From: a bacterium
GTDB taxonomy: Bacteria > Patescibacteriota > Minisyncoccia > JACQLN01
Assembly (NCBI GenBank): GCA_030697795.1
Contig: JAUYOV010000004.1
Coordinates: forward strand, 77,886 to 141,885
Reading direction: 5' to 3'
DNA: 64,000 nt
The notes under the pieces are model-generated. The model was given only the letters and a program-made list of their open reading frames with translations. It searched no databases and was not told where the DNA came from. This document shows, in pieces, positions 27,002 through 37,224 of the stretch. Position numbers and translations under genes: made by a program. Position 1 is the stretch's first letter, and each line of letters starts with the position of its first letter.

Positions 27002-28447
27002 TTATTGCTTCAGCAGAGCATCTATCTGGGCTTGTATGGCTTTCATCTGATCTTCAATCTGTTTCGTTAAAGCATCGTTTGAGGTGGTTTGTATGGGTGC
27101 TGGAATCGGAGCAACTGGAGCAGTTAAAGAATTAATCTGATCTTGAATGGCTTTGATCTGATTTTCAATCTGCTGGGTTTGTGAAGATTCAGTTGCGGGA
27201 GCTACTGGCAAAGGAGTAACAGGAACAACTATGCTTTCGCCACCCAACACTTCGTTAATTTTTGCCATCGTAGCTGGACCAACTCGGCCTACAGGGTTAA
27301 TACCGTACTTGGTTTGGAATTTTCTTACAGCGGCAGTTGTTTTAGGACCATAGAAACCAGACACTGTACCCTCGGGATAAATTTCGGGATCCCTAGCTAA
27401 CAATTTTTGTAAGTCCATAACTTCGTCGTTACGCGCGCCAGGGTTGAGTTCGGAATTAACACTCACGCCAACAACAGAAGAAACAGCCACAGCGCTACCA
27501 GAAGTCAGAGCTTGTATTTGAGATTGAATGGCTTGAATCTGCGAAGTTATTTGATCTGTTGTTTGATCTTGAACCGAAGGCTGGGCTATTTCTGCCGGTT
27601 TGGAACTTAACACCTCATTTATTTTAGCCAAAGTTGCTGGTCCTACTCTACCCACCACAGGCAAACCATATTTGGCTTGGAACTTTCTTACAGCCGCAAC
27701 TGTTTTTGGACCATAGAAACCGCTAACTGTGCCATCGGGATAAATTTCGGGATCCCTAGCTAACAACTTTTGCAAGTCCATAACTTCATTATTGCGTGCG
27801 CCGGGATTAAGTTCCTTCATTAAAACAGGAGACATACTGACAACGGACGCTGGAACCGACACAACCGGAGCAGGAGCCGTTACGGCTGGAGTTGCTGGTT
27901 TTGGTGCTGTAGTCGTTGTGGTCGTAGTAGTTGGAGTAGTAGCTGTTGTCGTGGTTGTGGTTGTAGGAGAAGCAGATGAGGATGAGGTTGAAGATGTCGT
28001 GGATGTTGTGGTCGTGGTAGTTGGGGTAGCTGTAGTTACTGTGGACGATCCACCACCGCCCGATGTGGAAGCCGCACAGGTGGTTGTATTGGGAGTTACA
28101 AACACCGTCTCTGCTGTTTGACCACTAGCCAAAGAAAGATTTAAAACCGATGAAGCACTGTTGCAGGCAAAACCAGCAATGGTATTTGTTTTAGTATAGC
28201 CAAAAGTAATCTTGTCTGCCGAAGTAAGATCTATAGAAGACCCTCCAGCCAAACCTATACTCAAGCTACTGTCCATAACAGTCATACTCTCAACAGTGCC
28301 ACTAGTAACCGTCAAATCAAGCACCGTACCACCAACAGTCACCCTTAAAGTCGTACCTGTTGTAAGACTAACATCATTATAAGCGGCAAAAGTTAAGACT
28401 GGAGAAAGCAACAAGGCTAGAGCAATTAGAAAATAAGTTAATTTCAT
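27002..28447 (-). CDS. secreted protein with a Thr-rich linker, two peptidoglycan-binding-like (PG_binding_1) repeats and C-terminal coiled repeats
   Basis: Signal peptide; duplicated ~75-aa segment ELNPGARN(N/D)EVMDLQKLLARDPEIYP(D/E)GTVSGFYGPKT..AAVRKFQ.KYG. Confidence 0.6.
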   Translation of the reverse strand: MKLTYFLIALALLLSPVLTFAAYNDVSLTTGTTLRVTVGGTVLDLTVTSGTVESMTVMDSSLSIGLAGGSSIDLTSADKITFGYTKTNTIAGFACNSASSVLNLSLASGQTAETVFVTPNTTTCAASTSGGGGSSTVTTATPTTTTTTSTTSSTSSSSASPTTTTTTTATTPTTTTTTTTAPKPATPAVTAPAPVVSVPASVVSMSPVLMKELNPGARNNEVMDLQKLLARDPEIYPDGTVSGFYGPKTVAAVRKFQAKYGLPVVGRVGPATLAKINEVLSSKPAEIAQPSVQDQTTDQITSQIQAIQSQIQALTSGSAVAVSSVVGVSVNSELNPGARNDEVMDLQKLLARDPEIYPEGTVSGFYGPKTTAAVRKFQTKYGINPVGRVGPATMAKINEVLGGESIVVPVTPLPVAPATESSQTQQIENQIKAIQDQINSLTAPVAPIPAPIQTTSNDALTKQIEDQMKAIQAQIDALLKQ

Positions 28448-28491
28448 AATTATTTATAAAGAATTGGAAAGACCAACGATTAACTTTTAAA

Positions 28492-29217
28492 TTACTCTTG
28501 TCCCGGACAAGTAATAGCATCTGTTTTTAGAACTCCGGTATCAGACGAGATTACTGTGCAAGTATCGCCTTTAGCATCCTTAAGAATTATCGTTCCACCA
28601 TGGTTTTGGTCTCCATAATTAAGACCGGTGCTAATATATATTGTGCTAGTACCAAACTCGTCGTGCACATTGAACTTGGTTCTGGGATTGTTTGTATAAA
28701 AACCAACAGATGATGTCGCTTTAACAATCATCGTTGGAGTACTCGTACCAACATCACTAATCACAAACCTAGGTGTTTCTTCATCCGTTGTACCAACTAC
28801 TCCAGATATCGAATTTAAAGCCCAAGGAGAAGACGTTGATATACCCAGAGCCCCACCAAAACTAGAAGCAACTGTTGATGTAGATTCTAGGGAAGAAGCA
28901 ATAACTCTACCCTCAAACAATGCGCCACCGGCCACTGCAAATTCCGCACCGGGCGAGGTTGTGCCAAAACCAGAAGCCATACTTGTAGATGTGGCTACAA
29001 ACGCATTGGCCCAAACAAAGTCATCTATAATGGCCGCACCTTGAACGCCCAAAGCCGCGCCTGGCGTGGAAGTACCACTACCTAAACCGACATTGCTTAT
29101 AGTCATAGTAGCGCCATAAGCTACCACCGCGACTACAAAAATTGATAATAAGGAAGAAACAACGGTAGTCAAAAAATACCGTTTTGAAAAAAAAGACTTC
29201 ATATTATTTTTACTCAT
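28492..29217 (-). CDS. secreted/anchored Gly-Ser-Thr-rich hypothetical protein
   Basis: N-terminal TM/signal segment; low-complexity surface-protein character. Confidence 0.4.
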   Translation of the reverse strand: MSKNNMKSFFSKRYFLTTVVSSLLSIFVVAVVAYGATMTISNVGLGSGTSTPGAALGVQGAAIIDDFVWANAFVATSTSMASGFGTTSPGAEFAVAGGALFEGRVIASSLESTSTVASSFGGALGISTSSPWALNSISGVVGTTDEETPRFVISDVGTSTPTMIVKATSSVGFYTNNPRTKFNVHDEFGTSTIYISTGLNYGDQNHGGTIILKDAKGDTCTVISSDTGVLKTDAITCPGQE

Positions 29218-29370
29218 TAACTTATTAATTTTTTAATCCAACAAGCCATGTACTTCTTTTTTAAAGAAACACAGAGGTCACTTGTTAGGTTATAAGTCTA
29301 ATACCTATATAACAGACAGTATACTATAAATCTAGGGAATAAAATAAACATAAGTTATCCACAAGAAAAT

Positions 29371-29408
29371 CCCGCACCTTTTTAATCAAAAAGGTGCGGG
29401 ATTAAATG
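29371..29408. terminator. strong intrinsic terminator (aatcccgcacctttt...aaaaggtgcgggatt)
   Basis: 14-bp stem flanked by T/A runs. Confidence 0.6.
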
Positions 29409-29418
29409 TTTTAATATA

Positions 29419-31659
29419 CTATCTTTCTAGTTTTCCACTTTTGATCTGTTTAATAAATGCTTCCCCCTGATTTTTGAAGCTTGGACTAATTTCTATAGCT
29501 TTTTCTAGTTGTTCTATGGCTTTTTTGTCTTGAAAAGTTTTTACATAAGCCGAAGCCAAACCTAAACGATACTGTACACTAGTTGGATTACTTAGCACCA
29601 GCTTTTCCCAGACCAGAGTTAGTTTTTTAAAATCGCCTATGGCCGCGTAAGCATTTAAATATTTTGTATCGGCAATAATTTCCGAGCCAAAATGCTTCTT
29701 GAGCAAACTCTCGGCTAATTCTGGTTTACCAGCAAAAATAGCTATAACCGCATAATTGTTAATAGCGTCGGGATAATCTGGAGAAAGTTCGTAAACTGTT
29801 TTAAGCGTATCTAAAGCTAAGTTTTCTTCGCCGGCTTTAAAATAGGCTTCGGCTAACAAGAAATAAAACTGCTGCCTGCTAGAAGACACTTCCAAACCCT
29901 TTTTAGCGGTAAGTATGGAATTAGCGTGATCGCCCGAGGTACCGTAAAGAGTTGATAAAAAAGCCAAGGCCCGAACATCGTAGGGAAAATTTTCTGCTTG
30001 AATTTTCATCTGCTCTAAAGCCAGTTCAGTAATTTTTTCCTTGTCTTCGGCCGAAGTAACTGGATCTTGATTAATCTTTTCGGAATAAAGGGTCAACTGT
30101 TCTCTAATTTCTTGAGTGCCGAAAGTATTGTAAGCTAAACCCTTTTTAAGCATGTCTACACCTGCGTCTAAATCGCGAATACGGCTACCGTCTTGAGAAT
30201 AAGTTACTAACTGCAAAGAATCAATAATGCTTTTAGCGGCTAAAATGGGCTTAGCATTAAACCAATACAAAGAAAAAACAACCACTACCCCTATAGTAAG
30301 CGTAATAACATATCTAGCAATCTTGGGCACAATCATGGCTTCGAGCAATTTGCTATCCGATAAGTCTGCACTAGTTCTAACATATAACCAGTGCAGATAG
30401 GCCAAAACCGCAAAGAAAACCATATAACTGGTAAAATTATCGAAAACAAAAATATTATGGATAAAGTAAGCCACCAACATTCCCAAAAACACAGTCGCTA
30501 TTTTAGGCGTTATTTTATTTAATCTAAACAGTTTCCACAAAACTAACACCGCTGAGGCAAACATACCTAAATAAGATAACAAACCTACAAGGCCTGTGGC
30601 CGTAAGCCAATCCAAAAAAACATTATGAGCTCTATCAAACCACGGTTCCTGGCGCCACAGTTCCGATTTATAATATTTAGAAAAAATATAAACAAAGTTC
30701 TCCGGACCCCAGCCCAAAATAGGCTTTTCTTGCCAGGCTTGATAAGCCATATTCCAAATAATAAAACGAGATTGGGTTGTAGTTTCACTAAAAGAAATAC
30801 TGGCAAATCGAGTTAAGACGTCGCTACTTTTTACAAAAGAAGTATCTTTAACCGTAATAAAACCTATTACTAAAAATATTATAGCGCCGAGCCCGCCCAG
30901 CGCTAATTTTCGAGTTAGACCGCGACTATAAATAGCATTAACAATTGTGCCGATAAACAACCCCGCAATTAAACCTAGGATAGCCCCACGGGTAGCCGTT
31001 TTATAAACAATGAAGGTTTCAAATAAAATTAGGGCCAACAAACCCATTCTTAAAAAAATGCTTTTCCCTTCTGATTTAAAAAATAACCAAGCTAAAAGGA
31101 AAATATGGAAAACGATATAAATAGCCAAATAAGTGGCATTACCCATAGTAGCATCTATACGATCATCGCCTTGGTGAATATCGGCTAAACCAAATATTTG
31201 AGCAACAGCGTAAAAACTTACTACCAAACTTGTCGCCAAAGACACGCCAAAAAAAGTGACCCAATCGCGCTCTTTTTTAAAAACACTAATAAGCACAAGG
31301 AAATAAATAAAATAATGCCAATAACCCCAAAAACCTTCCATACGTTCAAAACCCGACCAGAAACTCTTATAAGGCGAAACGCTAAAAATTGTGGCTAAAA
31401 ACAATACTCCTAGCCAAGCTATGACGCTATATAAAATAATTGAAGCGCGAGGCCTATAGTTGGCATCAACCATCATCAACCAAACCCATAACACAAAAAT
31501 AATTTCTATAATTATTCTAAAAATAAAATTACGCCCAGTTATGAATGGGAAATAAAGTGATTTAGTAATGACTAAAGGTAAAATGGGAACAGCTAAAAGG
31601 CCAAGCTTGATAATCCAGTTTATATATTTCTTATTCAACATATTAAGTTTATATAACAC
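29419..31659 (-). CDS. O-antigen ligase/polymerase-like polytopic membrane protein with C-terminal TPR repeats
   Basis: ~12 TM segments, then TPR-like repeats in the last 250 aa. Confidence 0.55.
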   Translation of the reverse strand: MLYKLNMLNKKYINWIIKLGLLAVPILPLVITKSLYFPFITGRNFIFRIIIEIIFVLWVWLMMVDANYRPRASIILYSVIAWLGVLFLATIFSVSPYKSFWSGFERMEGFWGYWHYFIYFLVLISVFKKERDWVTFFGVSLATSLVVSFYAVAQIFGLADIHQGDDRIDATMGNATYLAIYIVFHIFLLAWLFFKSEGKSIFLRMGLLALILFETFIVYKTATRGAILGLIAGLFIGTIVNAIYSRGLTRKLALGGLGAIIFLVIGFITVKDTSFVKSSDVLTRFASISFSETTTQSRFIIWNMAYQAWQEKPILGWGPENFVYIFSKYYKSELWRQEPWFDRAHNVFLDWLTATGLVGLLSYLGMFASAVLVLWKLFRLNKITPKIATVFLGMLVAYFIHNIFVFDNFTSYMVFFAVLAYLHWLYVRTSADLSDSKLLEAMIVPKIARYVITLTIGVVVVFSLYWFNAKPILAAKSIIDSLQLVTYSQDGSRIRDLDAGVDMLKKGLAYNTFGTQEIREQLTLYSEKINQDPVTSAEDKEKITELALEQMKIQAENFPYDVRALAFLSTLYGTSGDHANSILTAKKGLEVSSSRQQFYFLLAEAYFKAGEENLALDTLKTVYELSPDYPDAINNYAVIAIFAGKPELAESLLKKHFGSEIIADTKYLNAYAAIGDFKKLTLVWEKLVLSNPTSVQYRLGLASAYVKTFQDKKAIEQLEKAIEISPSFKNQGEAFIKQIKSGKLER

Positions 31660-31683
31660 AAAAACATACCAACAACAATCGTA

Positions 31684-32406
31684 CTACAACTCCATCACCA
31701 TTCTTTCGGCTAAAAGCCAATCTTCGGGACTATCTATATTAACACTGTATTTCTCCGCCATAGGATAAAGAGCTACGTTATTGCCATAAAAATTAGGTTC
31801 ATTTTTATCAAACAATAGCCTTGTTTTAAAAAGATAAATAGCGCCATTATGATAATATACTGGTGTAGGAAAACTTTGGCGGCGGGGAATTCTATGCATT
31901 ATTGAATCTCCATTAAAAAGTTTTCCATAATCATTTTCGTCCTTAATTACAGCCCAATATGGGCTATAATGTCCGGGTATTTCCGAAACACTAACAACGG
32001 AATCAGACAATTTTTCGTCAAATAATTTAATTGCCTCTTTAATATGTTGCGGTTGTCTTAGTGGCGCTGTCGGTTGCAACAACATTACAGCATCGGGCTG
32101 ATAGTTTTGATTCTCCTTGAGCCAAGAAACGGTATGTTGTAACACTGGCAAGTGAGGCGTGTCATCTTGAGCCAGTTCGGCTGGGCGTATAAAAGGTACT
32201 TCTATGCCGTAATTTTTGGCTATATTGGCAATTTTTTCATCGTCTGTACTTAAAATAATACGATCAAAAACACCCGACTTTTGAGCGGCTTCAATAGTGT
32301 GGGCGATCAAAGGCTTACCGCAAAGATCTTTAATATTTTTGCCGGGTATACCCTTAGACCCACCTCGAGCTGTAATAATTCCTAGTATTTTAATCTTAGA
32401 ATTCAT
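31684..32406 (-). CDS. CMP-nonulosonic acid synthetase (acylneuraminate cytidylyltransferase, NeuA-like)
   Basis: ITARGGSKGIPGKNIK...LLQPTAPLR motifs of PF02348. Confidence 0.75.
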   Translation of the reverse strand: MNSKIKILGIITARGGSKGIPGKNIKDLCGKPLIAHTIEAAQKSGVFDRIILSTDDEKIANIAKNYGIEVPFIRPAELAQDDTPHLPVLQHTVSWLKENQNYQPDAVMLLQPTAPLRQPQHIKEAIKLFDEKLSDSVVSVSEIPGHYSPYWAVIKDENDYGKLFNGDSIMHRIPRRQSFPTPVYYHNGAIYLFKTRLLFDKNEPNFYGNNVALYPMAEKYSVNIDSPEDWLLAERMVMEL

Positions 32407-32415
32407 GAAAAAAGA

Positions 32416-33714
32416 TTATGAATACATAAAATCTAACTGATTTTCACCTTTTTTAGTAATGATATGCGGATAAGGCATTGGAAAAAACAACTTACCTCCA
32501 TTTTTTAGGTAATTACGTTCCCTTTTTATTATTTCATCTTTAAAAAACCATATCAAAACAAGCATAGCGCTAGGATTAAGCTCTCTTGCTCTTTCTTCGG
32601 AGATTAGTTCCATATCTGTACCCAAAGTTCTTAGCCCAACCTTTTCTGAATTTCTTTCACTAATAAAAGAAAGCATCTTTTTATTAATACCAAAATACTG
32701 AAGCAAAACGTTGCCTTTTGTGGAAGCACCTAATCCCGTTACTAACCCACCGTTTTTCTTCTCCGAGAGAATAAAATCCTTGGTTATTTCTTTTAGATTA
32801 TCTATCTTGGCTCCAAAAGATTTATAAGTTTCTGGACTGTATAAACCCATCTTTTTTTCAGCTGCATACAACTTTTTAAGACCCACTGAAATCGGCCTGT
32901 TATCGTTCTTATGTGAAATAAAGACTCTTAGACTTCCCCCGTTAACACTATTCAAAGAAGCATCAAAAATCTTCAAATCCTGAGTGGACATTAAGTTGCT
33001 TATAACTCCTAAAGAATAATACCCTAAGTGCTCATGGCAAATGTCATAAAAATTTAATGTCTTTAATGAAGTAGGTAAATAACTTAACTGAATGCACCAA
33101 ACACCGCCTAGTGCCAATACAGACTTAACCTCATTAACAAATGAAATAGGATTATCTAGGTCGTAAAACATTGCTATTGAGGTAACGCATTTAAATAACG
33201 AACCACGGCTAAGCTTTATAGCTTTTTCTTTAGAAAAATAATCTGTTTCAACTGATATAGATTTATCTAGCCAAGATCGATCAATATTGCTTGCAGGATC
33301 AATACCAATTCTTACAGTTTTCTTAGGAAAGTAAGAAAGCATCGTACCATCATTACACCCTATATCTAAAATATGATCACCTTTTTTAAACTCTACTTTT
33401 TCCATAACTTCGTTAACAATATTCTTTAAAGCTTTTTTCATTAAAGGATTAATCGCCGAACGGTAAAAATAATTCTTATATAGCAAATCCCTGTTTACGG
33501 TTTCTCTTAGTTGCACCAAACCACAAGCCAAGTTATTGCGATTTCTATCACATAACAGTAAAGTTAAGGGTATTTTAATCTGACTCATTTTTTCAACGGA
33601 ATTATCTTTAACAAAAGATGAGGATAGATATTGCTTACCCAAGCTCAAGACAGGAGTAAGGTTGCCACTACCGCAAATACGACATTTTTTAATATTTTTA
33701 TAAAAGCCGTTCAT
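32416..33714 (-). CDS. SAM-dependent sugar C-methyltransferase (Zn-ribbon N-terminus plus methyltransferase core, TylCIII-like)
   Basis: CRICGSGNL Zn-ribbon; LDIGCNDG SAM motif. Confidence 0.6.
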   Translation of the reverse strand: MNGFYKNIKKCRICGSGNLTPVLSLGKQYLSSSFVKDNSVEKMSQIKIPLTLLLCDRNRNNLACGLVQLRETVNRDLLYKNYFYRSAINPLMKKALKNIVNEVMEKVEFKKGDHILDIGCNDGTMLSYFPKKTVRIGIDPASNIDRSWLDKSISVETDYFSKEKAIKLSRGSLFKCVTSIAMFYDLDNPISFVNEVKSVLALGGVWCIQLSYLPTSLKTLNFYDICHEHLGYYSLGVISNLMSTQDLKIFDASLNSVNGGSLRVFISHKNDNRPISVGLKKLYAAEKKMGLYSPETYKSFGAKIDNLKEITKDFILSEKKNGGLVTGLGASTKGNVLLQYFGINKKMLSFISERNSEKVGLRTLGTDMELISEERARELNPSAMLVLIWFFKDEIIKRERNYLKNGGKLFFPMPYPHIITKKGENQLDFMYS

Positions 33715-33717
33715 TTT

Positions 33718-34386
33718 CTATTTATTTAAAAATTCTTTTATTAAAAGAGTTAAAATTTTCCAACCGGTTCTAAATGGCAACATTTTACGTTCTCCTCCTA
33801 TGCGCTTAGGTTCATCTACAGGAATTTCAGCAACCTTGAGTTTATTTTTGGCAAATTGGATTGGCATTTGAATAGACCAATCCAAACCAGAGGCATTCAT
33901 CTTTAGTTTACTAAAAGCATCTTTCCTATAGGCTCTAAAACCTATTAAAACATCTGAATAATTAGACCTGAATAAAAGATTTACTAAAAAAGTAAAAATA
34001 CGGTTACCCTTAGAAGTCAAAAAATCGTCATCATAACTTCTGGCTCCTTTAAGATATCGGGAAGCTATTACGAAATCGTAACCTTCGTTTATTTTACTAA
34101 TTAAGTCCAATATCCTTTCGGGCGGAGAATTGCCGTCTGGAGGAAACTCAATAATAATGTCCCCTTGAGCTACATTCATACCTTCTTTCATACCCTGACC
34201 ATACCCCCGCCCTTTTTGTTTATAAACAGAATAGCCATTGTTTTGGCAATATTCTATCGTACCATCGGTAGAACCTCCATCTATAACTAGAATTTCATCT
34301 ACCCACTCTTTTTTAATTTTAGGCAAAACAACCTGAACGGCTTCGATTTCGTTTAAAGTTGGCGCTAATAAAGTTATTTTCATAAT
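33718..34386 (-). CDS. family-2 glycosyltransferase (polyprenyl-phosphate sugar synthase-like)
   Basis: DGGSTDGT ... DxD motifs; probable start MKITLLAP. Confidence 0.75.
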   Translation of the reverse strand: MMKITLLAPTLNEIEAVQVVLPKIKKEWVDEILVIDGGSTDGTIEYCQNNGYSVYKQKGRGYGQGMKEGMNVAQGDIIIEFPPDGNSPPERILDLISKINEGYDFVIASRYLKGARSYDDDFLTSKGNRIFTFLVNLLFRSNYSDVLIGFRAYRKDAFSKLKMNASGLDWSIQMPIQFAKNKLKVAEIPVDEPKRIGGERKMLPFRTGWKILTLLIKEFLNK

Positions 34387-35378
34387 TTTTTTCTTAGTTC
34401 TTTCTCCGTAATATACCAATCAATTGTTTTTTTAAGACCTTGGCGTAACGGAATAGAAGCTTTAAAACCTATTTTTTCTTCGGCTTTCTTGACATTGCAA
34501 GTTCGACGAGGCTGGCCATCTGGCTTTGAAGTATCAAAAACAATTTCTGTTTTTGAACCCGTCAACTCAACCAACAATTTAGCCAAGTCACCTATGGCTG
34601 TTTCCTCTTGTGTTCCAATATTTAACGGATCAGCTACCGGATATTTTTCACAAACCTCTAAAAGTCCCCGGGCAAAATCAGTAGCGTAAACAAATGATCT
34701 TGTCTGCTTTCCGGTACCCCAGACCACTAAAGGATTTTCTCCCCCTAGAATCCTTTTGATCAAACCAGGTATAACATGGCAATATTCGGCAAAAAAATCA
34801 TCTCTAGGGCCATAAGCATTGTAAGGCCGAGCAATAGCAATCTTCATGCCAAACTCATCGGCATAAGCCTGCCCTAAATATTCTTCCATGCGTTTAGACC
34901 AGCCATAGCCCGCGTTAGCCGAATCGGGGGCATCTTTAAAACCCTCTTCTTCCGGAGTAGGATTAGTGGCGTTCTTTGGGTAAACACAAGCCGAACTAAC
35001 CACTAGAAAACGCTCAACATTAGCTAGGCGGGCACTATCTATAACATTCATAAAAGTACTAAGGTTATCACGAAAAAGACTAGCATGGTGTTTCATACTA
35101 TGTTCAATACCGCCACCCTTAGAAGCGGCAAGATTTAGAACTATTTCTTGGTCTTTAATTGTCTTGGCCACGCTATCCCTATCTCTCAAATCAGCTATAA
35201 CGATTTTAATATTATCTTTTACACTATTTAAAAAATTCAAATTTGTGGTAGCTCTTACCGGAACTGTGACATCAGCACCTTGATCAACCAACATTTCTAC
35301 TAAATGACTGCCTACAAACCCAGCTCCGCCAGTAACCAAAACTTTTTTGTTATGATAAAAATTGTTGGCCTGATTCAT
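34380..35378 (-). CDS. NAD-dependent epimerase/dehydratase (GDP-sugar 4-reductase/epimerase candidate)
   Basis: [11 protein letters not shown] and YxxxK motifs. Confidence 0.8.
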   Translation of the reverse strand: MNQANNFYHNKKVLVTGGAGFVGSHLVEMLVDQGADVTVPVRATTNLNFLNSVKDNIKIVIADLRDRDSVAKTIKDQEIVLNLAASKGGGIEHSMKHHASLFRDNLSTFMNVIDSARLANVERFLVVSSACVYPKNATNPTPEEEGFKDAPDSANAGYGWSKRMEEYLGQAYADEFGMKIAIARPYNAYGPRDDFFAEYCHVIPGLIKRILGGENPLVVWGTGKQTRSFVYATDFARGLLEVCEKYPVADPLNIGTQEETAIGDLAKLLVELTGSKTEIVFDTSKPDGQPRRTCNVKKAEEKIGFKASIPLRQGLKKTIDWYITEKELRKKL

Positions 35379-36358
35379 ATTTTAAGGTTGTGTTCATTTA
35401 AATCGTGCTCCAGCATTATCTTTACTAACTCTTTAAACTTCACTTTGGGTTTCCATTTCAAAACCCTTTTGGCTTTTTTATAGTCCCCTATCAAAGTTGG
35501 AGTTTCTGAAGGCCTGTAATAACGCGGATCTATTTCTACATATTTCTTCCAATCTAAACCTACCAGACGAAAAGTTTCCTCAACAAATTCTTTAACTGTA
35601 TGCGCCTCACCCGTAGCAATAACAAAATCGTCTGGCTTATTTTGCTGTAACATAAGCCACATAGCCTCTACATACTCTGGGGCATAGCCCCAGTCGCGCA
35701 CAGCCTCTAGATTCCCCAAGTAAAGTTTTTTTTCTAAACCTGCCTTAATCCTAGCGACGGTGTGGGTTATTTTTTTAGTAACAAAGTTTTCGCCTCGTCT
35801 TGGCGATTCGTGGTTAAACAAAATACCGTTAGCGGCAAACATGCCATAGGCCTCGCGGTAATTTTTTGTTATCCAATAAGAAAACACCTTGGCGCAAGCA
35901 TAAGGACTGCGAGGATGGAATGAGGTAGTTTCACTTTGGGGAGGTGGAGTCAAACCAAACATTTCAGAAGAAGAAGCTTGATAAAATTTTGTCTTAATTC
36001 CAGTTTCACGTATAGCGTCTAGAAGGCGTAACGAGCCTAAACCAACAACATCGGCCGTATATTCAGGAACATCAAAACTCACCCTGACATGGCTTTGGGC
36101 ACCCAAATTATAAATCTCATTTGGTTTTGTATTTTTTAATATACGATTTATAGAGGCGCCATCTGTTAAATCGCTATAATGTAAAAAAAAATTTCCTTCT
36201 TTCCTAAGCAAGTCTATTGGTATATGAGAAATACGCTTAGTATTGAAAGAACTAGAACGTCGTATAAGACCATGAACTTCATACCCCTTAGATAATAAAA
36301 AATCAGCTAAATACGAACCATCCTGACCAGTTATACCTGTAATTAAAGCTTTTTTCAT
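35375..36358 (-). CDS. gmd: GDP-mannose 4,6-dehydratase
   Basis: [17 protein letters not shown], typical of Gmd. Confidence 0.9.
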   Translation of the reverse strand: MKKALITGITGQDGSYLADFLLSKGYEVHGLIRRSSSFNTKRISHIPIDLLRKEGNFFLHYSDLTDGASINRILKNTKPNEIYNLGAQSHVRVSFDVPEYTADVVGLGSLRLLDAIRETGIKTKFYQASSSEMFGLTPPPQSETTSFHPRSPYACAKVFSYWITKNYREAYGMFAANGILFNHESPRRGENFVTKKITHTVARIKAGLEKKLYLGNLEAVRDWGYAPEYVEAMWLMLQQNKPDDFVIATGEAHTVKEFVEETFRLVGLDWKKYVEIDPRYYRPSETPTLIGDYKKAKRVLKWKPKVKFKELVKIMLEHDLNEHNLKI

Positions 36359-36414
36359 AAAAATATACTATGAATACTAACAGCTTATAAATCCGATTGT
36401 CTAGTTTAACAAAT

Positions 36415-36447
36415 GAATAAAAAAAGAGTCCGTAAAAACGGACCCTC
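36415..36447 (-). terminator. intrinsic terminator (agggtccgtttttacggac + T7, read on the minus strand)
   Basis: Hairpin with a T-run immediately downstream of the Nudix gene. Confidence 0.5.
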
Positions 36448-36463
36448 TAAACAGTACTATGTC

Positions 36464-37003
36464 TCAAGAAAACACTCGATCGTATAGATCTAGAATTGAA
36501 GGAAAAACTTTCTCGCTGACTAACCGCTCTCGATCAAAGGCGAAAAGGCCAGTATTTTCTTTGTATTCTCTATCCTCAAGATTTGCATAGACAGAGCCCA
36601 ATTCGGCCACTGTGAGCTCGATTGTAAATGTGTAACCGAGCATGTGACAACCAATCTCCTGTGGCAATTGAGCTCGATCTTTCCAGCGATAGTCAAAAAC
36701 CGCTATCAATTCGAAACGATCTTGAGGAAGCTCTAACTTGGTTTCCCGCTGGAAATTTCTCGCCACAGCTTCTTCCTTGGTCTCATGCGGCATCATACCA
36801 CCACCAATCCACCACCAGCCAGTCATGGGTATTGATACTCGCTTTGCAAGATAGATTACTTTCCGATTAGTATCAATTGGGACAACATCTGTACATGCTG
36901 GGACGAAACATTGAAGCCCCCTGCTATACTCATCGTCCGTAAGACGTACCGAAGGAATAGGCTGATACCCATCCTCTGTATAACTGCCAACCAGAATATC
37001 CAA
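36464..37003 (-). CDS. Nudix-like hydrolase (GDP-mannose mannosyl hydrolase candidate); elevated GC; TTG start with GGAGG RBS
   Basis: Partial Nudix box IGGGMMPHETKEEAVARNFQRETKLEL. Position next to gmd, as wcaH is in E. coli. Confidence 0.45.
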   Translation of the reverse strand: MDILVGSYTEDGYQPIPSVRLTDDEYSRGLQCFVPACTDVVPIDTNRKVIYLAKRVSIPMTGWWWIGGGMMPHETKEEAVARNFQRETKLELPQDRFELIAVFDYRWKDRAQLPQEIGCHMLGYTFTIELTVAELGSVYANLEDREYKENTGLFAFDRERLVSEKVFPSILDLYDRVFS

Positions 37004-37224
37004 GGCACACCTCCTTTTTTATTTAATGTACTACTACGGTTTATCAAACCACCTTGGCTTGATTTAAATAAATTTTATCATAAGATAGTGTATAAGTCAA
37101 CCCAGCCGTTATGGCCCAATAGCTTGGAATCACTTAATGGTAAAATCCAAGTATATGACATACACAATTAACTCAGGCAAACACATTTAGACCGTCGCCA
37201 ACTTTTCATTCCTAGCACTGGTCA

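Noticed and set aside
27790-28125. Low-complexity ACC/GTT-rich tract with a 109-aa plus-strand ORF (27792-28121)
   Set aside because: It is the Thr/Ser-rich linker of the minus-strand secreted protein 27002-28447. The opposite-strand ORF is a mirror artefact of the repetitive codons.
36628-37171. ORFs 36628-36870(+), 36856-37047(-) and 36911-37171(+) around the Nudix gene
   Set aside because: They overlap the better-supported Nudix CDS or lie in an intergenic spacer with no signals.
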